Assembly: GCF_009914755.1 (NCBI RefSeq)
Contig: NC_060930.1
Origin: the human T2T-CHM13v2.0 reference genome, Homo sapiens
Reading direction: 5' to 3' (one strand)
Length of the DNA: 64,000 nt
In this document: positions 53,147-64,000 of the stretch, in pieces
Layout: every line of letters begins with the position of its first letter
Position numbering within the stretch: position 1 is the first letter of the stretch
Notes under the pieces: generated by a model
Database searches by the model: none
The model's input: only the letters and a program-made list of their open reading frames with translations
Told to the model about the DNA's origin: nothing
Program-made: the position numbers and the translations under genes

Positions 53147-54146
53147 TACCTAATGCTTGAAATACAATAATCACAGTGAGAGGGTGCTCAAATGCCTCTT
53201 GGTTGAATACAGTGGTGTGAAATTCATATTGGTAGTAAATTCAGACTTACTTCCTAATATAATTTGAATAATTCAAAGAAAGTCTTCTACTAAACATTTT
53301 ATGCCAGAAACCAAGAAATTGAGTAATCGCTTATTCCCAGAGATTCAGAGAATTTTCTAAATTTCTCTTTCTTCTCTTTTATCCTCTCCTTTAAATGAAA
53401 GTACTAATCTTGCAGTAAATTTGTTTAAAAAGCAAATAATCATTTTGAAATGCCAATAATGACGTCCCAAGGTTCTAATTTATCTTTTTAAAGAGGATTG
53501 CATTTCATATTTTGAATTGGTTTTTAACAAGGCTAACATTTTACTATATAATTCTTTATGCTTTAAAAGTATTTGACGTAAATTGTGTTATGTGATTGTT
53601 ATGACAACGCCGTGAAAGACGAAATGAGCATGATCATTCTATGTTACAGACAAGAAAGTTATTGCTCAGGAAAGTAAGAGGCTTATTCAAGGTCACCCAG
53701 AAAGTAAGGACAAAGCTAGGATGACAATTTGCTCTCCTCATTTCTATATTTGCTACTTTCAGGCTAATTATTTATGTTTTTACGTTAAATAATAAAATGT
53801 AATGTATATATTTATCTGACATATCTATGATTTTTTCTTTCTTTTTTTTTCTGTTTGTTAGTGTACTAGTGAAATTGGAAATATACCTATTAAATCCTGA
53901 AGATGAGGAAAATATATCCTGCTAAGTTGGAAAAAATTAAAAAATTAGTGAAAAAGATAAAAACGTTATGTACTGGAAAATTAATGAACTCACTCTCAGT
54001 GGTCCCAAGTTCATTTTTCTTATGCTAGAAAAGATTCTTTAGAATTATGCATATAAATTGTCAAATAAAATCGATAAATCCAGTAAATCTCCCTTCCCAC
54101 ACACACCATCAGTGGATAACAAAACTGGGTTGGTGATAACTTTTAC

Positions 54147-54370
54147 TTGTTAACAGGTTGTTCCAATTATTGGGTAGAGACAGGTTTTGTAACTTCTGGA
54201 AATCTTAAAACGTCTTGTCTCTCAACTCAGTGATTGAAGTGTAGCAATATGGATTGAATCATTTTCTCATCTTTATTTCTGATATTGACTCCAATAAGTT
54301 AAAATTGCAAGTGTTGGTAATAAGCAATCTGGAGGATTAGCCAAAGTGCACTGTTTGCCTGTGTCAGAAC
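54147..54370 (-). pseudogene. Fossil exon 3 (phase 0 to 2; alternative acceptor at 54420)
   Basis: ctgactaacag| ... AA|gtaaaa; VLTQANSALWLILQIAYYQHLQF*LIGVNIRNKDEKMIQSILLHFNH*VERQDVLRFPEVTKPVSTQ*LEQPVN. Confidence 0.5.
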
Positions 54371-55054
54371 CTGTTAGTCAGGCTCTGCAGGACTGACCTA
54401 CATTGCTTCTTAATGCATCTCTTTGTAGAAAGGTAATTCTAATATTACCGTTGACCTACCTATTACTTAACCTCATTTATTAAATATCTTCCTTGTGCAG
54501 GATATTTTACCAGATAAAGAAATTAGGAGGACTAAGGGCATAGAGTAAAAAGAGAAAGAGATCTATTTTAGATGAACACTGAACTTTATATCACAGAAAT
54601 AATCCACTAATATATGGTTCAATGTGCATTACTTGCTTTGAGAGCCATAAGTACCTCTAGTAAATAAATGCATTTATTGTACATTGCAATGAAAAATTTG
54701 TTAAATAACAAATGAATGATTACTAAAAGCCTATTTTAAACATACATAAGAACAACTAATTTCATGAATGAAAGTGCATATTTGGTGGGCATATGTAATC
54801 TTACAACATTGGTTTCACTCAAGTTTTTAAGCATTTTTTATAGCATTTTTGTATATTATGGGACAGCATAAATTAAAAAAAAACCTATAAGTAACTGCCA
54901 TCTATCTTAGAAAAAAGTAACAAAAATTACTTTTTTGCTTATGTGAAAGTGGTACATTTTAATTTTTATTATGCCAGTAATGAAGATTATATATTGACAT
55001 ATTGAATCCTGTTTTATCTCCAGGTTTTATTTATAAATGCCTCACTGTTGGAAC

Positions 55055-55219
55055 CTGCATGAATGAAAGCTGAATCTCAAAGATCAGACACGTTGGACTT
55101 GGAATAATGTCCATGTTATGATTCCAATCTGTGCCTAAATCTGAACCACTCAGTTCTTCATGCTTGTTGGAATCCTCCTAAAATTGGAATTTCCTGGGAG
55201 ATATCCAGTACTTTTTGGG
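55055..55219 (-). pseudogene. Fossil exon 2 (phase 0 to 0)
   Basis: gtttgttttgctgtttacag| ... CAG|gttcca; PKKYWISPRKFQF*EDSNKHEELSGSDLGTDWNHNMDIIPSPTCLIFEIQLSFMQ (1 stop in 55). Confidence 0.55.
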
Positions 55220-57343
55220 CTGTAAACAGCAAAACAAACAGCCTTTCTTGTAATATGCTACGTCTAGTGCTAACTGAATTCAAGAAGTTTATGAGTGTGG
55301 GGAAAGTAACTTGATGTCTTTGCAAACTTACAAATTTGCTTCAGTTTAAATTTTGACCAAAAATTCATCTCAGGAATATGTTTTGGAATAATTCTTTGCT
55401 ATTAGTTATAAATGTGACAAATATCGTTTAAACAATAAAATATTATTTTATACAACAAATTATGGCAACAAATTCCTTGTAGTGATAGATTTTTTAAAAT
55501 CTTTAAATCATAGATAGGGATTTATTATGCTCCATGTCAATTATATGCATGTTTGTGTGTATATGTGTGTATATGTGTGTGTATATATATTTCACTTAAT
55601 CTCTGAGAACAGTCTGAATTTTTATGTTTCTCTATTGTATATAATTGAAAAACATAAGACAAAGAAATCACTTATTAGTACGTTGATAGATAAACGTGCT
55701 TGATGCCAAATATAGACACACAAAATACACTTAATTCTTCTGTAAGAACTCTTAAACATCTATGAGAAACATCTTATCAAATTGATTTCCCCCTTTCTCC
55801 TTAGTAAAAAAATCCTGACGTTTTTAGGTTGACACAATGCCACTCAGCTAAACAATGACATTTCCCAGACTCCTTTGTGTTTAAGTGTGGCCGTATAACT
55901 AGGTTGTGCCCAAAGACAATTAAGTATAACTGTTGGGTATAATTTTTCTGAAAAGTCTCCTTAAAAATATGACGGTTTTTCCTTGCTTTCTTTTTTTCCT
56001 TGTTATTTAGAGTACGAGTATTATATCTGTAGCTCCAGCAGCCATCTTGGACCAGAATATGATGGTCTGGAGAATGTAAGCCATGTGCAGAATGATACTT
56101 ACAGACAAGGGACTGTGTACTTCATTGAACCGTAAAGCTGCCATAGTTGCCTTGGATACTCTCCTTGTGGACACCTTTTATGTGCAAGAAAAATAAACTA
56201 TCTTGTTTAAGCCATTGTTATTTGTGGAATTTTCATTACATGCAGTTGAACCAAGTCATAACGAATTTAGGACTATGACTGGGTTGCTGCAAAACAGAAC
56301 CTAAAATATGACTTTGGCTAAGTGAATTGAGTGGAGAGGAAGATATTAAGAGGTGAAAAACTGTTGACCCTGTCATGTGGTTGCAAAACATTTAGTCAAG
56401 TTATTGCCTGCTACGTCTTGAAGACCACGTTTCATAATGTATAGTTGGATGATGATAGGAAACATTAGTGTATTTTAATTGTCTTTTGTTCTTTACATCA
56501 AAAAAGCTAAACTCAGACTAAGAAAAAACCATCAGAAATCATAGATGGGAAGGGGGGATTCAGAGACGCTCGGTTTGCCTTCAGCCTACCATCTAAGTAT
56601 GACATACAGGCCTGTAATTTCAAGGCTAGTAGAATTGACAAAACAAAACTGCCCTCATACACACCACACTGAATTACTTTCCTTTAAGATTTCTCTACCA
56701 AAACCTGGGATCCAGACAACTGACAAAAATCCCAGTGAAGACGTTGACTTCTACTCATGTTTCAAGGGGTCTCCGAGTAAATGCCAGTTATTGGTGGCAA
56801 TGCCAGCAAGTTAAGGATTGGAATCTTCAGGTTAGAAACTATGTCTAAACATGATCTTCATCTGTGGTTACTTTAACATGCAATTGACTACACATACTCA
56901 CATGAAATCCAGAAAACTTTCCTGAGTGGATCATGATGTCATCTACTAAGTTCCAAAAGTAGAATAGGATACCAGGATTCTCCAAAAACAGATACCATCA
57001 AAGGAAAGAAAGGACTAGGTACTAGTTTTTACAGAGCTAGATAAATCAAAGAAAGGTTGGAACCTTAGTAAGCATCCATTTTGGAATGGTATGCTCCTTT
57101 GAGTAGCTATGGTAGAACATGTGAGTGTAAACCAAGATGGCTGACATATTTAGTGGCAAGGCAGAATAGATTAGTATGGCCCATGCAGGGTTTGTAATCA
57201 CTGTGGGAATTACACGTTCATGAGTCTGTGCAAAGTCAGTTTTGTATATCTACACATTGTAGTAGCAAAAAGAATCAGCAATATCAGTCTAGTGTCTTCC
57301 AATTTCTCTCTGCTCTGGAAATTTGGAGGGGGTGGGGGGGAAG

Positions 57344-58011
<668 letters not shown>

Positions 58012-58525
58012 TTAATAGCAAATGTGTAGCTGGGGAGAGAGAGATTGGACTTTCTATTACAAAGGATGTGGTAGTCCAAGAAATTACTCAAAACTGTTTT
58101 TCAAAGGTGATTAGATTTCCACCACATGTTGATGAAGTTGGTTATCCTGGGTACATTAAAAAATGGCTTCTATCACTAAAGCAGGCTGATAATCACTACT
58201 ACACAAATAGGTTTTTAACTAAGATATATGAGTTCTTGCGCAATGAAAAGAAATCGTGAAAGTGGTATTTTAAATAAACCAATCTTTCCCATTAGTTTTC
58301 TCCTCTTCTCTGTTTCCCTCTCTGTCTGTTTCCTCCCACTCCTTTTCTACCTCTTCCTCCCTGTCCTGCCCCTCTCCCTACACTCAGCATGAAGAGTTCT
58401 GGAAATGATTTAACAGCCATAATACAATAATCCTAGTGATTATAACGTGCTTGCCTTTTATATAACTTGCTTTCTTTTTTATTTCTCAATTCTTTGGCTT
58501 CTGTTAATTTTCTTTTTTTATTCTA

Positions 58526-58911
<386 letters not shown>

Positions 58912-59015
58912 CTAGCTTCGTTCATATTTTATATCTTGTATCTACTTTCTAGAGAAAAGGATTATAATTCAACTGGATTCAAAATAGATGTCTCCTGTTA
59001 TTTAAACATGTAAAT

Positions 59016-59049
<34 letters not shown>

Positions 59050-59054
59050 CACAC
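59016..59054. repeat. (CA)n microsatellite
   Basis: CA run with one CG interruption. Confidence 0.95.
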
Positions 59055-59058
59055 TCAC

Positions 59059-59276
59059 TGTGGCATAGATTGCCTTTTCCAATAACTTCTGATCAAAATT
59101 TCCCCATTTATCACAAATGTGCCTACACATTAATCTTGGAGTAACCCCAAGGCAATGATCTCTCTGAGCCACTTTATCCCTACAAACCTGTTTCCAAAAC
59201 TCACATAGCCTGCTGCCATTCTTTTCTATCCATCTGTTCTTCTTTAAGTTTTGACTGGAGTTTGTTTTTTGAAGAG
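59059..59276 (-). pseudogene. Fossil exon 1 (phase 1 to 0)
   Basis: gtgttcatag| ... ACA|gtgagt; 72 codons with no stop: LQKTNSSQNLKKNRWIEKNGSRLCEFWKQVCRDKVAQRDHCLGVTPRLMCRHICDKWGNFDQKLLEKAIYAT. Confidence 0.6.
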
Positions 59277-60299
59277 CTATGAACACTTAGTCATATGCAT
59301 GTTTCAAGTCCAAAGACTTCCTCTAGATAAATATGTTACACGTACTTACTTTTTCATGCTGCAGATTTTTCTTTATTCATTGTACTTTAAATTTCTCATA
59401 ATTGATGAGTGTGAACATACTTCATTTTATTATGCTTTGCAGATGTGGCTTTTTTTTTTTTTTACAAGTTGATGGTTTTTGGTAACCTTGAGTTGAACGA
59501 GTCTATTGGTATCATTCAAAAACTTGTGCTCAGTTTGTGTCTCTGTGCCACATTTTGGTAATTCTCTAAATATTTCAAATGTTTTCATTATTAATATATC
59601 TATTATGGTGATCTTTGATGTTTCTATTGTAATTGCTTTGGGGCACCACAAACTGTGCCCATATAAGATGGTGCACTTCATCAATTAATGTGTGTATTCT
59701 GACTGCTCCATTGACTGGTTATTCCCGTTTCTCTCCCTCTCCTTACACTTCTGTATTTGCTGAGACACAACAATATTGAAATCAGGCCAATTAATAACAC
59801 TACAATGGCCTCTGTGTGTTCAAGTGAAAGGAAGAGTCACAGGTCTCTTACTGGAAATCAGAAGCTAGAAATGATTAAGCTTCATGAGGAAGGCATGTTG
59901 AAAGCTGAGATAGGCCAAAAGCTAGGCCTCTTGCACCAAAGAGTTAGCCAAGTAGTGAATGTAAGAGAGAAAATCTTCAAGAAATTGAAACTGCAACTCC
60001 AATAAATACATGAATAATAAGAAAGAGAAACAGCCTTATTGCTGATATGGAGAAAGGTTTAGAGGTCTAGGTAGAAGATTAAACCAGCCACAACATTCCC
60101 TTAAACCAAAGCCTAATCCAGAACAAGGCCCAAACTCTAATTCTGTGAAGGTTAAGAGAGATGAGGAAGCTGCCGAGAGAAGTTTGAAACTAGTCAAGTT
60201 TGGTTCATAAAGTTTAATGGTATCTCCATAAGTCACAAGTGGTGATGTAAAAGCTACAAGTTACCCAGAAGATCTGACTAGGATAATTGATGAAGGTAG

Positions 60300-61009
<710 letters not shown>

Positions 61010-61582
61010 GGGGGCTACTCTGACAGATTTTTAATGAAGACAATGCAGCCTTAGATTAGAAGATGCTATCTAGGATTTTCATGAAGACAAGAAGCCAATA
61101 CCTGGCTTCAAAGTTTCAAAGGACAGGCTGACACTCTTCTCAAGGGCTAATGCAGTTGATGACTTTAAGTTGAAACAAATGTTCATTTACCATTCTGAAA
61201 GTCCTAGGGCCCTTAAGAGTGATGCTAAATCTACTTTGCCTGTGCTCTATAAAGAAAAGAACGAAGTCTGGAAGATGGCCCATCTGTTTATGGTATGGTT
61301 TATTGACTATTTTAAGCTCACTGTTGAGACTTACTGCTCAGAAGAAAAGATTCCTTTCAAAATAGTATTGCTCATTGGCAATGCACCTAGTCACCCAAGA
61401 GATGTACAAGGAGATGAATGTTGTTTCCATGCCTGCTACCACAACATCCATTCTGCAGCCCACCAGGTCAAGGGGAAATTTTGACTTTTAAGTTTTATTA
61501 AGAAATACATTTTGTAAGGTCATTGCTACCATAGATAGTGATTTCTCTGATGGATTTGGGAAAGTTAATTGAAAACCTTCTG

Positions 61583-61915
<333 letters not shown>

Positions 61916-62432
61916 CTAGATATCATTAAAAACATCTGTGATTCATGGATGGAGGTCAAAATATCAACATTAACACAAGTTTGGAAGAAGTTGATTCTAA
62001 CCCTCCTGGATGACTTTGATAGGTTCAAGACTTAGTGGAAGAAAATAGCTGCATACGTGGTGGAAATCACTGCATACGTGGTGGAAAGCTAGAACTGAAG
62101 ATGTGACTGAATTGCTACAATCATCAAACTTTAATGAATGAGGAGTTGCTTCTTATGAAAGAACAAAGAAAGTAGTTTCCCGAAATGGAATCTACTTTTG
62201 GTAAAGATGCTGTAAACATTGTTGAAATGACAACAAAGGATTTATAATATTACATAAACTTATTTAATAAAGCAGTGGCAGGTTTTGAGAGGATTCCCTT
62301 CAATTTTGAGAGAAGTTCTCCTGTGGGTAAAATGCTATCAAACATTGTAGCATGCTACAGAGAAATATTTCATGAAAGGAAGAGTCAATTGATGTGGCAA
62401 ACTTCATTGTTGCCCTATTTTAAGAAATTGCC

Positions 62433-62734
<302 letters not shown>

Positions 62735-62836
62735 AAGAAATTGCCATAGCCACCCTAGCTTTTAGCAACCACCACCCTGATCAATCAGCAGCCATTAGTA
62801 AGGTGAGACCTTCTACCAGCAAAAATGTTACAACGT

Positions 62837-63366
<530 letters not shown>

Positions 63367-63440
63367 CAGTATTTTTTAATGAAGATGTAAACTGTGTCTT
63401 TTTTCAGACATAATGATGTTGTACACTTAACAGACTATAA

Positions 63441-63759
<319 letters not shown>

Positions 63760-64000
63760 TGTAATCATAATTTTTATATGCACTGGGAAACTAAAAGTTT
63801 GTGTAACTCCCTTTATTGTGATTTTCACTTTATTGTAGTGGTCTGGAATTGAACCTGCAATATCTCCAGGTATGCCTATACTGAAGTCTTCTTTCAGGTA
63901 AAAGATTTACTATCTATGTTTTGTGACTCCCAAGTATCAAAAATTATCTCAGGATGTCCTGAAGTCCTGTGAAAGTTTAAAAACATCAACATAAATCCAC

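Overview
AT-rich, repeat-dense human genomic DNA. An AluYb-lineage insertion at 62433-62734 points to human rather than another primate. I find no intact protein-coding gene, rRNA, tRNA or CRISPR array. About half the window is transposon remnants: MER52 LTR, old L1M/HAL1, L1PA/PB fragments, about 17 Alus, THE1/MST/MLT LTRs, a Tigger1 with nested insertions, Tigger2, MER3/20/58/91/104, L2 and MIR. The main finding is in the non-repeat islands. Read by hand on the minus strand, they resolve into about 24 decayed exons from 59276 down to ~11100. Most have polypyrimidine-AG acceptors and GT donors, splice phases largely agree, third codon positions are T/A-biased, and in-frame stops look like CGA/CAA/CAG decay. 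Together they suggest a fossil unprocessed, probably unitary, pseudogene with ~7.5 kb of former coding sequence (~2,500 codons). I cannot assign the protein to a known family. An Alu and probably an L2 sit inside one exon, so the loss is old. Exon boundaries and frames were picked manually and need homology confirmation. Smaller findings include a 231-bp 96%-identical local duplication, several templated micro-rearrangements and candidate intronic enhancers. Repeat subfamily names are from recalled consensus sequences, not a database search.
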